Shown here one piece after another: positions 25,806 through 35,513 of a stretch of 64,000 nt of DNA. Location of the stretch: positions 1-64,000 of IMG/VR virus record IMGVR_UViG_3300027804_000038; one strand, given 5' to 3'. The notes under the pieces are model-generated. The model was not told where the DNA came from, ran no database searches, and worked only from the letters and a program-made list of their open reading frames with translations. The number at the start of each line of letters is the position of its first letter. Position 1 is the stretch's first letter. The position numbers and the translations under genes are program-made. Origin of the DNA: a virus. Its lineage: Duplodnaviria > Caudoviricetes.

Positions 25806-26906
25806 ATGAGAAAATTACTCACAGAGGTCGAAAAAATTAAAGAAATTATGGGGGTTTCATTAAATGAATCTCCTAAGTCAACTGAAGAACATGTCAAGTC
25901 AATTAAAACTATTTTAACGACTAATAACATATTAAAGAAAGAAGTGGATGTTTTATTAGATGAGATAGTCAATTTATCTGATGACCAGATAATAAATTTT
26001 GATTTATTAGAAAGAGGAGTAAGAAATACTCTTCTTAAAAAAGGAGATAAATTTAAAAACGTATTAAAATACTTTGCAAAAGTGCTAGGTTCTTTAAGAA
26101 GACGTGAACCTGATTCATATGAAATTGAACCTGAAATTAATGATTATAGTTTTGAACCTGAAGAACCCTCAATCCTAAAGAAAAAGATATATAAAAAAGA
26201 ATTATATTATTTACAAGTTGAATTATTAAAATTACAAGAGTGGTTGAAAGAAACTAACAAAACAGTAATTATCGTGTTTGAAGGTAGAGATTCAGCAGGG
26301 AAGGGTTCGACCATTAAAAAATTTACTGAAAATTTAAATCCAAGATATTATAATATTATTGCATTGGGAGTACCTACACCTGAAGAAAGACAAAATTGGT
26401 GGAAACGATACCAAGATAAAATTAAACCTGGTATGATTAATTTCTTTGATAGAAGTTGGTACAATAGAGGTTTAGTCGAACCTGTAATGGGGTACGGTTC
26501 AACAGAGGAATATGAAGACTTTATGGAAAATGTAGAAAATTTTGAGAACTCTTTGGTTGAGAACGGAGATTATTTATTTAAACTTTGGTTTTCAATCGAT
26601 AAGGAGACTCAGGCAAGAAGATTTGATATGAGACAACAGTCACCATTAAAATATTGGAAATACTCTCCTAATGACTCTAAAATGCAAGATATGTGGGATA
26701 GATTTACAGAATTCAAACAAAGATTATTTGATAAAACATCTACTATTAATCATCCTTGGATTGTTTTGGATGCTAATGATAAAAGAGTTTCAGGATTAAA
26801 TGCCATTAGATATATTTTACAAAATATACCGTATAAAGGTAAAAATGAACAATTATTAGATAAAGAATTTCCTGAAGCAATGACAATATTAAAACCTGAA
26901 AATTAA
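25806..26906 (+). CDS. ppk2: Polyphosphate kinase 2 with about 120-aa phage-type N-terminal extension
   Basis: FEGRDSAGKGSTIK Walker A, FDRSWYNR, KLWFSI. Confidence 0.95.
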   Translation: MRKLLTEVEKIKEIMGVSLNESPKSTEEHVKSIKTILTTNNILKKEVDVLLDEIVNLSDDQIINFDLLERGVRNTLLKKGDKFKNVLKYFAKVLGSLRRREPDSYEIEPEINDYSFEPEEPSILKKKIYKKELYYLQVELLKLQEWLKETNKTVIIVFEGRDSAGKGSTIKKFTENLNPRYYNIIALGVPTPEERQNWWKRYQDKIKPGMINFFDRSWYNRGLVEPVMGYGSTEEYEDFMENVENFENSLVENGDYLFKLWFSIDKETQARRFDMRQQSPLKYWKYSPNDSKMQDMWDRFTEFKQRLFDKTSTINHPWIVLDANDKRVSGLNAIRYILQNIPYKGKNEQLLDKEFPEAMTILKPEN

Positions 26907-27802
26907 TGAACTTAGTTAAGATATTAAGAAATATAATATTGGAGCAAAAATCGGACCCTAAAAATCCTAACTCATATCCTACTCATGATGAGTGGTCCAT
27001 GCAAGATTGGAAAACTTTTTATGATGCATTAGTTAAAAAATGGGGTAAAGAAAATGACGCAAAAAAACAATTTTTAAGGTATTGGGAACCAATATACCAA
27101 TCTTGGTTAGATGAACCAGCCGAAGATGAGTTGGATGATGAATCGACAGGATTTAAAGATTGGTTTAAACAAAAAGAAATGTGGAATGGTCCAGAAAATA
27201 GACCTTACACAGAGCAAGAATTTAAAGATGTTTTAAGATATAAAGAAAAATATGGTAATAACCAAACTGGTGGATATGCGACACGATGTTCTTCTAGGGC
27301 AATAGACTTTATAAAAGGGGAAGAAGGATTTGTTGATTACGCATATGATGATAGAGAAGAAAAAAACCCAAAAACAAAGGTTGTTGGAAAATGGAATAAG
27401 ATTGCTAAAGATTCAGTTTTAACTATTGGTTATGGTCAAACTAAAATTGGTAATAGATTGGTAAAACCTGGTGACACTATAGATGAACCATCGGCTTCAG
27501 TATGGGTTGAAAACTTCATTAATAAAAATATTAATAACCAATTGTTAAGTTTACCAGGTCATGACAAATTAACACAACAACAATTTGATGCATTATGTTC
27601 ACTAACTTATAATCTTGCAAACAATGTCTCGGCATATAATGGAACTAATTTACAAAAAACAATATCCGCAAATCCTAATTCACCTAATGTAAAAAAACAT
27701 TTTACAACAAAATGGGAACCTTTAACTTTAGAAAGAAGGAAACGAGAATATAAAATATATAGCGAAGGTAAATATGAACCAATTAATCCTGTAAAAAAAT
27801 AA
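26906..27802 (+). CDS. GH24 phage lysozyme with N-terminal extension
   Basis: FIKGEEG...AYDD...LTIGYGQT...QQQFDALCSLTYNL. Confidence 0.85.
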   Translation: MNLVKILRNIILEQKSDPKNPNSYPTHDEWSMQDWKTFYDALVKKWGKENDAKKQFLRYWEPIYQSWLDEPAEDELDDESTGFKDWFKQKEMWNGPENRPYTEQEFKDVLRYKEKYGNNQTGGYATRCSSRAIDFIKGEEGFVDYAYDDREEKNPKTKVVGKWNKIAKDSVLTIGYGQTKIGNRLVKPGDTIDEPSASVWVENFINKNINNQLLSLPGHDKLTQQQFDALCSLTYNLANNVSAYNGTNLQKTISANPNSPNVKKHFTTKWEPLTLERRKREYKIYSEGKYEPINPVKK

Positions 27803-27826
27803 AAGATTTAGAAATATTTATATAGT

Positions 27827-28147
27827 ATGAAAAAACAAATAACTCTTACTGAAAATCAACTTGAGAGAATCGTTAAAAGATTAGTTAACGAAAACGCTAG
27901 ATACGTAATGTCACCTGAAGAATTTTTCAGGGAAAAAAATAAATCACAACAATATACCTGTGATTTCTCAAACAAATGTTTTGTAATTCACGATGGGAAT
28001 CATCAAATAGATGTTGATGATAAGTTTATGGAAAAACACAAAATCCCTAACGGAATTGGTGGGACTATTTTCCATGACGCTAAAAATATTTATTTCTGTC
28101 CTGACTTTGGTGATGATAGACCCCAAAGAACTATTCAGATTTTCTAA
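27827..28147 (+). CDS. Hypothetical protein with ITLTENQL leader
   Basis: 106 aa. Confidence 0.75.
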   Translation: MKKQITLTENQLERIVKRLVNENARYVMSPEEFFREKNKSQQYTCDFSNKCFVIHDGNHQIDVDDKFMEKHKIPNGIGGTIFHDAKNIYFCPDFGDDRPQRTIQIF

Positions 28148-28499
28148 CATTTCCTCGTATTCGTAATACTAATACAGGAATTGCCATGTCATTTGAATGA
28201 ATTGAAATTGACTTATTAATATAACCTTCTCTTTTTGAATCGTACGTTACTTTAAGTGGGTACGATTCATTTGTTTTTATAGGATATAGTGGACAAGATA
28301 CTTTTACCCAAGATACTGAAGGTTGACATTTACTTATTAATAAGGGAGATTTACCAACATTTTTAATATTAAAATAACAAATAGCAGAATCTCCAAAATT
28401 AATATTACCAAAATCAAAAACTAATTTATCAACTTCTATTGTTTGTGAAAAACTTATAATAGAAAACATTAAAAATATGAAAACTGATAACTTTTTCAT
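28131..28499 (-). CDS. DUF1573-like Ig-fold secreted protein
   Basis: Signal peptide; FDFG.I...F.IKNVGKSPLLI...K.ISIHSN. Confidence 0.8.
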   Translation of the reverse strand: MKKLSVFIFLMFSIISFSQTIEVDKLVFDFGNINFGDSAICYFNIKNVGKSPLLISKCQPSVSWVKVSCPLYPIKTNESYPLKVTYDSKREGYINKSISIHSNDMAIPVLVLRIRGNVRKSE

Positions 28500-28509
28500 A
28501 ATTTATAAA

Positions 28510-29172
28510 TTATATTAAATTAATAACCTCAATTTCTTTAGTAATAACTTCTTCATTATTCCACTCATGGTGAACGGATGCCGATTTATTTACCATATCA
28601 AATTCAATATATCCTTGGGACCCTTCATTAATTTCCCAACCACCAAAATCGCTCAACATTGTGTATGAAATATCCTCAATTATACCATTTAAATCGGCAC
28701 TATTTCCATCTATCTCCATTGAATCTACCTGACCACTATCTCCTCCGCCGCTATAATATACTTTAATTTCTGTTACACCTTCTTTAATATATTCAGATAA
28801 TTTTTCTTGGTAATCAGTTCTCAAATCGTCAAAATCTGTTTCAGAAAAGGCAGATTCAGTACCTTGTTCGTAATAATAACCCCGAATAGTCATAGTTAAT
28901 TTATCTAAATTAATGTAAAAAACTAATCCTCCGTTTTCACTATAATCATTATCACCGTAAAAAAAATCAGTGTCAAAGTTTTCAATATAGTTATCTAACC
29001 ATTTTTCAAATTCTGGTATAATTGAAATCTTTCTATTTGTATCATCATCACTAATTTTTGAGTAGCTTAAAGATTCAAACTCTCCCCAGTAGTTTACCTC
29101 AATATGACACTCTGTAATTGCATTTGATTTCAAATACAATACTAACATTTTAAATATTTTTTTATCATCCAT
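28510..29172 (-). CDS. DUF6878-like protein, internally duplicated
   Basis: EIKVYYSGGGDSGQV...GWEINEGSQG (family recalled from memory). Confidence 0.6.
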   Translation of the reverse strand: MDDKKIFKMLVLYLKSNAITECHIEVNYWGEFESLSYSKISDDDTNRKISIIPEFEKWLDNYIENFDTDFFYGDNDYSENGGLVFYINLDKLTMTIRGYYYEQGTESAFSETDFDDLRTDYQEKLSEYIKEGVTEIKVYYSGGGDSGQVDSMEIDGNSADLNGIIEDISYTMLSDFGGWEINEGSQGYIEFDMVNKSASVHHEWNNEEVITKEIEVINLI

Positions 29173-29186
29173 ATTAATAAATATTT

Positions 29187-29534
29187 TTAATCTTCAATTT
29201 TTAATGTTCTAATCATCCAAGTTGGTCTTTCTTTGTTATTAAGGTTATCTATCCATTCCTTAGCTGTCGGGATGTACCCATAACAATCTTCACGAACATG
29301 TTGTTCCCCAACATATCTTGTATAAACAGTTCTACCATCGCTATTAATAAAGGACGGGCCAAAAACTTTCTCCATTTCAAAAATACCTTCCGAATGATGT
29401 CTAAATAAACGATGCATAGAATGACCGTACCATCCTTTAGTTTCATCTAACCAATTATGTAAATGTAAATAATCTTCAATTTTACCTCCCCAAGATTTAA
29501 CTGAGGATTTAGAGTGTTCAATTGGGTGTGACAT
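29187..29534 (-). CDS. DUF6915-like His-rich protein
   Basis: HPIEHSKSSVKSWGG...HNWLDETK...HR.FRHHSEGIF...GEQHVRED (family recalled from memory). Confidence 0.7.
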   Translation of the reverse strand: MSHPIEHSKSSVKSWGGKIEDYLHLHNWLDETKGWYGHSMHRLFRHHSEGIFEMEKVFGPSFINSDGRTVYTRYVGEQHVREDCYGYIPTAKEWIDNLNNKERPTWMIRTLKIED

Positions 29535-29826
29535 GATTTATCTCTTTTATTGATGAATTTATTAATAATTTGTCAGATATTGCAAAAAATTTGTAGGTAT
29601 CCATTATGAATAAATTTAATGCGTCAGGAAATAAACATAATGAATCGTCGTCTATTTTTGATACATATAAAGTTACATTACAATTATATACTTTAGATGA
29701 TGTGGAATAAGAAAAATCTTCAACCACAACATAGGAACATGGTCCAAATACTAACTCAAGGTCTGATTTGGATAATTTATTAATTGCTTTTTCAAAAACC
29801 TTCTTCAACTTTGATTCTATATTCAA
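29518..29826 (-). CDS. Hypothetical protein
   Basis: 102 aa. Confidence 0.7.
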   Translation of the reverse strand: MNIESKLKKVFEKAINKLSKSDLELVFGPCSYVVVEDFSYSTSSKVYNCNVTLYVSKIDDDSLCLFPDALNLFIMDTYKFFAISDKLLINSSIKEINHVTPN

Positions 29827-30163
29827 AATTGTTAATCCTTTGCGAATAAACTATTTTTATTACAAATTTAATTATTTTTTTAATTTCATCAATATTAAAA
29901 TTCTCATTCATAAATAATTGATTGGAGTTAATGAAGTAAGGTGAAATAGTATTATCACTAGGATTTAATATTAAATTTAAAAAAGTGTCATTAATACCCA
30001 AATAATCTTTAAGATTGTTTCTACTACAGTATATTAAAAATTTAAAATTTAATCTGTCATTTTTTGTTTCTTCTATATCAGTAAAAATTATTTCATCGAT
30101 AATGGGATAATCAATTTTAATATATTTATTAACAATAGTAGATAATACTGTAATTTTATCCAT
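29792..30163 (-). CDS. Hypothetical protein
   Basis: 123 aa. Confidence 0.65.
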   Translation of the reverse strand: MDKITVLSTIVNKYIKIDYPIIDEIIFTDIEETKNDRLNFKFLIYCSRNNLKDYLGINDTFLNLILNPSDNTISPYFINSNQLFMNENFNIDEIKKIIKFVIKIVYSQRINNFEYRIKVEEGF

Positions 30164-30179
30164 AAATTTGTAATTTATA

Positions 30180-30482
30180 ATGAAGTATAAGTCAGAATAT
30201 GAATTTTTTCAAAATATTTTAGAAAAAACATCTAAAAAAAAATTTCCATATATTATAGATATTTCTGTAAATGAAGAAGATTTTGAAAAACTTTTAGAGG
30301 AAGGTGGCAATGAGTTCTTATATACCAGTTGGTTAAAAATTTACCTTAAATATGATTTGGATTATATTATGTCTCACGATAGTAAAATAACACCATACCT
30401 CCAAGACTATATTAATGCGTTATTTTTTTCTTTATTTAAAATAAATATAATAATTTCCTTAGATTTAGTAGCTTCAAGATGA
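30180..30482 (+). CDS. Hypothetical protein (KKFP family)
   Basis: 100 aa. Confidence 0.7.
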   Translation: MKYKSEYEFFQNILEKTSKKKFPYIIDISVNEEDFEKLLEEGGNEFLYTSWLKIYLKYDLDYIMSHDSKITPYLQDYINALFFSLFKINIIISLDLVASR

Positions 30483-30811
30483 AGATTAATATTAAAAATA
30501 ACTCAACTAAAAATATAACAAAAGTTAATGTTGTTAAAAATTTTTTAATTTTTTGTCAGAGTAATTCGCCGATAAAAAATAATATTAATATAGTTTTAGT
30601 TGATTCTTCATATGGTGATTTACCGCAAGGTAAAATTTTTATACCTTTATCTGATGGCACAATAATAGACATATTAAATAATGTTGCAAATATTTGGATT
30701 ACAGAATTCTCAAGACAAAGAAATATCCCATGTAAAAATAACGAATCAGAATTACTCGTTAATTTTTTTTTAAGAGAGAACCCTTTGATTAAGAATTTAT
30801 TGTATATTTGA
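30479..30811 (+). CDS. Hypothetical protein
   Basis: 110 aa. Confidence 0.65.
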   Translation: MKINIKNNSTKNITKVNVVKNFLIFCQSNSPIKNNINIVLVDSSYGDLPQGKIFIPLSDGTIIDILNNVANIWITEFSRQRNIPCKNNESELLVNFFLRENPLIKNLLYI

Positions 30812-30814
30812 TTT

Positions 30815-31018
30815 ATGAATAAAGATTACATGAAAATTATACAATGTATTAAGTCATCTAAGACTGACAAACATTATGAATCCTGTCATAACATGGTTAT
30901 GAATTTTGAAAAAAAATTCTGCTCGACTAAAAATGAAGATTGTTCTTACGCTAAAAAATTGGGTATAAACCTTAACCAAAAACTAATTTTAGAAAAGATG
31001 AAATTAAGTAGTCTTTAA
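30815..31018 (+). CDS. Hypothetical protein
   Basis: 67 aa. Confidence 0.65.
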   Translation: MNKDYMKIIQCIKSSKTDKHYESCHNMVMNFEKKFCSTKNEDCSYAKKLGINLNQKLILEKMKLSSL

Positions 31019-31417
31019 TTTCTTTATTGATATAATTTTAATACCCTTACCTTTATTCTTTAAAGTTATTTCATTTTCATTAGGATAAAGGATGTTGTTT
31101 GAAATAGTATCTACAAAATCTACCATATCCTTATTAACCTCAACAGTAAATAAAAACTTATGAACCCCATAACCTGAGGCATATGAGTGTGAGTCTAATA
31201 AATCTTTCTTACTAATGGAATAATGAGCACCCAATTCTTCTTTGTTAATATCAGATATGTTATCTGCAAAAATTATTCTATATAAAGTTATTTTATCAGG
31301 TAATGAATTAACATGAGATATTAAATTTTTTAATTCTTCTTTAATATCTTCTTCTTTAAAGTCCATGGACTTCAGTAAAGTTTTAAAGTGTCTTAATTCA
31401 GATTTTGAAAGTGTCAT
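31004..31417 (-). CDS. Hypothetical protein, possible ADP-ribosyltransferase fold
   Basis: Spaced ITLYR / AHYS / ENEI motifs. Confidence 0.4.
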   Translation of the reverse strand: MTLSKSELRHFKTLLKSMDFKEEDIKEELKNLISHVNSLPDKITLYRIIFADNISDINKEELGAHYSISKKDLLDSHSYASGYGVHKFLFTVEVNKDMVDFVDTISNNILYPNENEITLKNKGKGIKIISIKKLKTT

Positions 31418-31418
31418 A

Positions 31419-31868
31419 TTATAAAAGAATAAACAACGTAATTAACAAAAGACCACTACCCTCGATAATTGCTACCCTTCTCCATATTTTTTTACGATTT
31501 TTTTCTTCGGATAATTTATTTTCAGTATCAACACGTAAAGATTTTTCTGTTTTAGCTATTTGACGTTGGTTATTTGCTTCAACCTCTAAGCTATCGTATA
31601 ATACATTTAAATTATCATAATCGTTTCTAAGTTGTTCTACATTTCTTGAGCAGTTAATTGAAAATTTATATAAAGAATCAAAATTTTCTTTATAAACTTC
31701 TTTATATTTTAATTTAACTAATAATTCAGCTTCTTGTTTCTTATTGAAGAAGATTCCCGTATCCCCTTGGAATACTATCCTTAGAGGTACCAAATTTTGC
31801 CCATAAACTGTCACGTTTATTATTGTCAAAGTTAGGAATGTTAGAAATATCTTTAGCATTTTGTTCAT
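31419..31868 (-). CDS. Signal peptide, coiled coil and C-terminal TM; candidate spanin-like lysis protein
   Basis: Overlaps the 3' end of 31741-32163 by 128 nt. Confidence 0.5.
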   Translation of the reverse strand: MNKMLKIFLTFLTLTIINVTVYGQNLVPLRIVFQGDTGIFFNKKQEAELLVKLKYKEVYKENFDSLYKFSINCSRNVEQLRNDYDNLNVLYDSLEVEANNQRQIAKTEKSLRVDTENKLSEEKNRKKIWRRVAIIEGSGLLLITLFILL

Positions 31869-32163
31869 TTTTTTTAATTATATTGTTAATTATTGTTGTT
31901 TGCTTATTATCATAAGCAATTTGTAGTTCTCTATTTTTTTGATTTAATGAGTCAACTCTACTTCTGAGTTCCTCAATTTTTTTAGTATCTTCAAAATATA
32001 CCTTTTCGGCTGGTTTATTGTATAAACTATATACAATTATCAATAAAATTATTATTACAACATAATACCAATACTTATTTAAATTATATATAATTTCAGT
32101 AATCAATCCATTAGGAGTTTTCATCATCATCTTTATTTTTACCTTTATTAAATATTTTTTCAA
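31741..32163 (-). CDS. N-terminal TM plus coiled coil; candidate inner spanin (start uncertain)
   Basis: YWYYVVIIILLIIVYSL then a heptad-rich region. Confidence 0.55.
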   Translation of the reverse strand: MKKYLIKVKIKMMMKTPNGLITEIIYNLNKYWYYVVIIILLIIVYSLYNKPAEKVYFEDTKKIEELRSRVDSLNQKNRELQIAYDNKQTTIINNIIKKNEQNAKDISNIPNFDNNKRDSLWAKFGTSKDSIPRGYGNLLQ

Positions 32164-32374
32164 TCACAGTTAAACCCATTCCACCTCCTGATATTAAGGC
32201 TAAACCGTCAAACATAAATTCAGGTAAAATTTTACCCATAAATGTTGCAACGTATGCTAAGACTAATATATTGACTATAATAACAATACTTACAACTCTT
32301 TTAGATGAAACTTCTCCCTTTGCGGATAATAGTTTGGTAAACCAATTTTGTTTTTTTGGTGATTTAGTTTCCAT
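32111..32374 (-). CDS. Two-TM holin-like membrane protein
   Basis: LLSAKGEVSSKRV then two hydrophobic helices and a charged tail. Confidence 0.5.
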   Translation of the reverse strand: METKSPKKQNWFTKLLSAKGEVSSKRVVSIVIIVNILVLAYVATFMGKILPEFMFDGLALISGGGMGLTVIEKIFNKGKNKDDDENS

Positions 32375-32397
32375 AATAGTACATTTTACTATAAATA

Positions 32398-32538
32398 TTA
32401 CCTTCCTTGTCCTCTGTAAGGTTTTTTATAGTTTTTAGAACGTTTATTTGACGTTTCTTTTTTTGAAAATCTACCGACTTTTTTACTTCCAAAATTTATT
32501 TTTTGAGAATTTGCTGTTTTTGATGTTTTTGCTGCCAT
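32398..32538 (-). CDS. 46-aa basic peptide ending KPYRGQGR (not in ORF track)
   Basis: Translated by hand: MAAKTSKTANSQKINFGSKKVGRFSKKETSNKRSKNYKKPYRGQGR. Confidence 0.7.
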   Translation of the reverse strand: MAAKTSKTANSQKINFGSKKVGRFSKKETSNKRSKNYKKPYRGQGR

Positions 32539-32626
32539 ATTATAACGTTTATCTTTAAATATCAAAGTATTTATATTTTAAATAAGATAGCTTCTATCAT
32601 AAACATTAAATACGATTCAATGGATA

Positions 32627-32857
32627 ATGACGACATGGAGGAATGTTTTCCGAAAAAATGTTGCAACAGTATGCTTAATTCTGGCAACATTCTTCAACCC
32701 TTTAGGGTTCGACGTAATCTTCAAAATGGTTTTAGATTATACGAATTCTTATTGGAATACAACTTTCATTTTTTATATCGTATCGCTATTATTCTTTGGG
32801 TTATATTTCTTGCTTCGAAAATCACTTAATAATGACAAACTTATCAAAAAAAATTAA
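32627..32857 (+). CDS. Two-TM membrane protein
   Basis: CLILATFFNPLGFD...FYIVSLLFFGLYFLL. Confidence 0.75.
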   Translation: MTTWRNVFRKNVATVCLILATFFNPLGFDVIFKMVLDYTNSYWNTTFIFYIVSLLFFGLYFLLRKSLNNDKLIKKN

Positions 32858-33629
32858 AAATATATTAATGGAATCTGATTATACGACTGATTCTGATAGA
32901 CCAACACAACCAAGAGAATTTGAGATAAAATCAATGTTTGGTCAAAAGTATGGTCCTTATATTCCAAACGATGTTTTAAGATATATTCGTAAAAATCCTG
33001 CTTTATTTGTTAAAAGGTTATATGAGATATACGGTAATAAGTTACAGGAATATTTAGATAATGCAAAAAATGAAGGCTTAATTGAAATTACAGAATCAAT
33101 GAAATTTCATTTAGATAACAAAATTCCATTGACTGAAAATGTCTATAGACCTCACTCGGATGCCTTTTTTAATTTAATTAATGAAGCTAGAGAACTACAC
33201 AAAAAAGGTATTGTACAATTTAAAAAAGACGAAATTGAATTATTAGAATCTGATTTGGGAACCAAAGTTAAACTTTCAAACGGACAAGAAGTTTATTTGG
33301 ACATTCCAATAGTTGAGGAGTCGTTGAATGAAGCGGAATATAAAGGAAGAAAAGTTCAAATAGGTAAACCTATGAGAAATACTGGAGGTGGTAAAAAATA
33401 TGTAGTATATGTTAAAAACCCATCAACAGGTAAAGTTAAGAAAATATCTTTTGGAGATGCACATGGAGGATTAACTGCCAAAGTATCAAATCCTAAAGCT
33501 AGAAAAGCTTTCGCTTCAAGACATCAATGTGATAAGAAAAAAGACAGAATGACTGCGGGTTATTGGGCTTGTAGAATAAATAGATATGGACACCTATGGG
33601 GTGGAAAAACTTATCCTGGATATTGGTAA
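32832..33629 (+). CDS. Conserved-looking phage protein with basic C-terminal domain
   Basis: KKYVVYVKNP...KKISFGD...RKAFASRHQC...AGYWAC. Confidence 0.75.
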   Translation: MTNLSKKIKNILMESDYTTDSDRPTQPREFEIKSMFGQKYGPYIPNDVLRYIRKNPALFVKRLYEIYGNKLQEYLDNAKNEGLIEITESMKFHLDNKIPLTENVYRPHSDAFFNLINEARELHKKGIVQFKKDEIELLESDLGTKVKLSNGQEVYLDIPIVEESLNEAEYKGRKVQIGKPMRNTGGGKKYVVYVKNPSTGKVKKISFGDAHGGLTAKVSNPKARKAFASRHQCDKKKDRMTAGYWACRINRYGHLWGGKTYPGYW

Positions 33630-33898
33630 TGAAACTTCCTTTTTCACAAAAAGATTTAACTGAAAATGTTAAAATAAGAACATTTAACCAAGATACAGAT
33701 TCTGGTGAATTTACATGGCATAGAGATAGAGAAGACAGAATAGTTGAGTTAATAGAGGGTAAAAATTGGTACACTCAGTTAGATAATGAGCTACCTAAAA
33801 AACTAACTAAAGAAAATAAAGTTTATATACCTAAAGGTATTTACCATAGAGTTATAAAAGGAGACGGAGATTTAGTAGTTAAAATAACTTTTTTATAA
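33629..33898 (+). CDS. Cupin-like protein
   Basis: FTWHRDREDR...IPKGIYHRVIKG. Confidence 0.7.
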   Translation: MKLPFSQKDLTENVKIRTFNQDTDSGEFTWHRDREDRIVELIEGKNWYTQLDNELPKKLTKENKVYIPKGIYHRVIKGDGDLVVKITFL

Positions 33899-34878
33899 TG
33901 ACAGAGAAAGAAATAGAACTAGTAAATAAATTGTTTAAAAAAAAAGAAAATCACATAGTTGATGGTTCTTTTGGTCAAATTAAACTTTATTATAATTTTA
34001 AAATCACAGGTATAAAACCTATGATATCTATTGGTGAATGGAAAAATTATTTAACATGTAATATTACTGTAACAAAAGTAGAAGGGCCTAATGCAAGATT
34101 ATTCGAGTTGTTACCTAAAATTAATTTAAGGTTAAAAGAATTTAATATCTATATAGAAACTTTAATGAGAAGATTTGGTAACGATGTTGAAAATTCATTA
34201 AAGATATTTGACGTTGATAGAGTTATTGTTGAGAGACTTGAATTTGCTGAGGACATGATTGTTGTTGACAGTTTACCTAAAATTGAAAATTTAACCGAAT
34301 CTAAAGTAAAACGAAATGTTATAAGAAATGTTATTAGAGATATTACTAACATAGTAAAGATTGGTGAAGAAGATGAGTATAACTTACCCTATGACATTAA
34401 TGGTGAAGACGAGTATTATTTCGATGGGTTGCCCCCATTTAATATATTATTAGAGACAGTTAAAAGTGATAAAATTAGAGGTAATAAACCATATCAAATA
34501 GATGCTGATTATGTTATAGGTCAAAATGAAATTAATGTTTTATTAATTTATAAAGAAAATGAATTAAGTAAGTCACTATACAATATGATTGGAGACCTTA
34601 ACGATTATATCTCTCATGAACTACAGCATTTAAAACAAGAAGATGAGGGTACTATTGATGATAACAATGAATTTAAAGGAACTAACAAGGATTATTTTCT
34701 ACAAAGAGATGAAATAGAAGCTCAGTATCGAGGGTTTAAAAACAAATCAAAAATAACAAACCAACCCATAACTAAGGTGATAGATGATTGGTTTAAAGAA
34801 AATTCAGAAAGATTTGATTTGACTGATGAAGATGTTGAAGAAATTAAAACTGAGATATTAAAATACGGAAATTCTTAA
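33898..34878 (+). CDS. Protein with C-terminal HExxH zincin-like domain
   Basis: ISHELQHLKQ...YFLQRDEIEAQ. Confidence 0.65.
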   Translation: MTEKEIELVNKLFKKKENHIVDGSFGQIKLYYNFKITGIKPMISIGEWKNYLTCNITVTKVEGPNARLFELLPKINLRLKEFNIYIETLMRRFGNDVENSLKIFDVDRVIVERLEFAEDMIVVDSLPKIENLTESKVKRNVIRNVIRDITNIVKIGEEDEYNLPYDINGEDEYYFDGLPPFNILLETVKSDKIRGNKPYQIDADYVIGQNEINVLLIYKENELSKSLYNMIGDLNDYISHELQHLKQEDEGTIDDNNEFKGTNKDYFLQRDEIEAQYRGFKNKSKITNQPITKVIDDWFKENSERFDLTDEDVEEIKTEILKYGNS

Positions 34879-35498
34879 TTTTTAACTTTCTCAAATAATT
34901 TTTTAATCAAATTATTCATAAGAGAACTTGATAAACTTGTCACTCTCGCGGCTACAAGTCTCTCACCAACTTCAAGTAATTGTTCTAATGTTACATTAGA
35001 AGTTTCAATCATTGTTATTAATATTCCTAAAATTGGTATTAAAAATGTAAAACTCGCAATGTTCAGGGCGTTTGAAACGGTTAACCCAATTGATTCTAAA
35101 AATTTAAAAAGTGCTGCTTGTAATTCATTTCCTTTTTTTAATGCGGACTCAAAAACTTTAGATAATTTTTTTTCTTTAATTTTTTCGTAGATATTCTTTA
35201 TGCTATCTACATTATTATAAAATAACAATGAAGTTACCCCTAATGATATCATATAAACATCGGACTCGCTTAATTCAGGATTTTCACCTTTAATAAATGA
35301 ATTTAACGGACCTATAAATCCTGCGATTGTTGAGCTCCAAGTCAATAAAAACTTAACATCTAACTTAAATAACCTGTCAGATTCTTTCGCCGATTTTTTA
35401 CCAATATTAACTAACTCGTTAATAATTTTACCTAAATCATTAAGTATTGATTCTGTAATTAATCTTTGATTTGACTCTTCAGTAATTATAACTTTCAT
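34875..35498 (-). CDS. Membrane-associated protein with IITEE leader
   Basis: Several hydrophobic helices. Confidence 0.7.
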   Translation of the reverse strand: MKVIITEESNQRLITESILNDLGKIINELVNIGKKSAKESDRLFKLDVKFLLTWSSTIAGFIGPLNSFIKGENPELSESDVYMISLGVTSLLFYNNVDSIKNIYEKIKEKKLSKVFESALKKGNELQAALFKFLESIGLTVSNALNIASFTFLIPILGILITMIETSNVTLEQLLEVGERLVAARVTSLSSSLMNNLIKKLFEKVKN

Positions 35499-35513
35499 TG
35501 TATTTATAAATAT

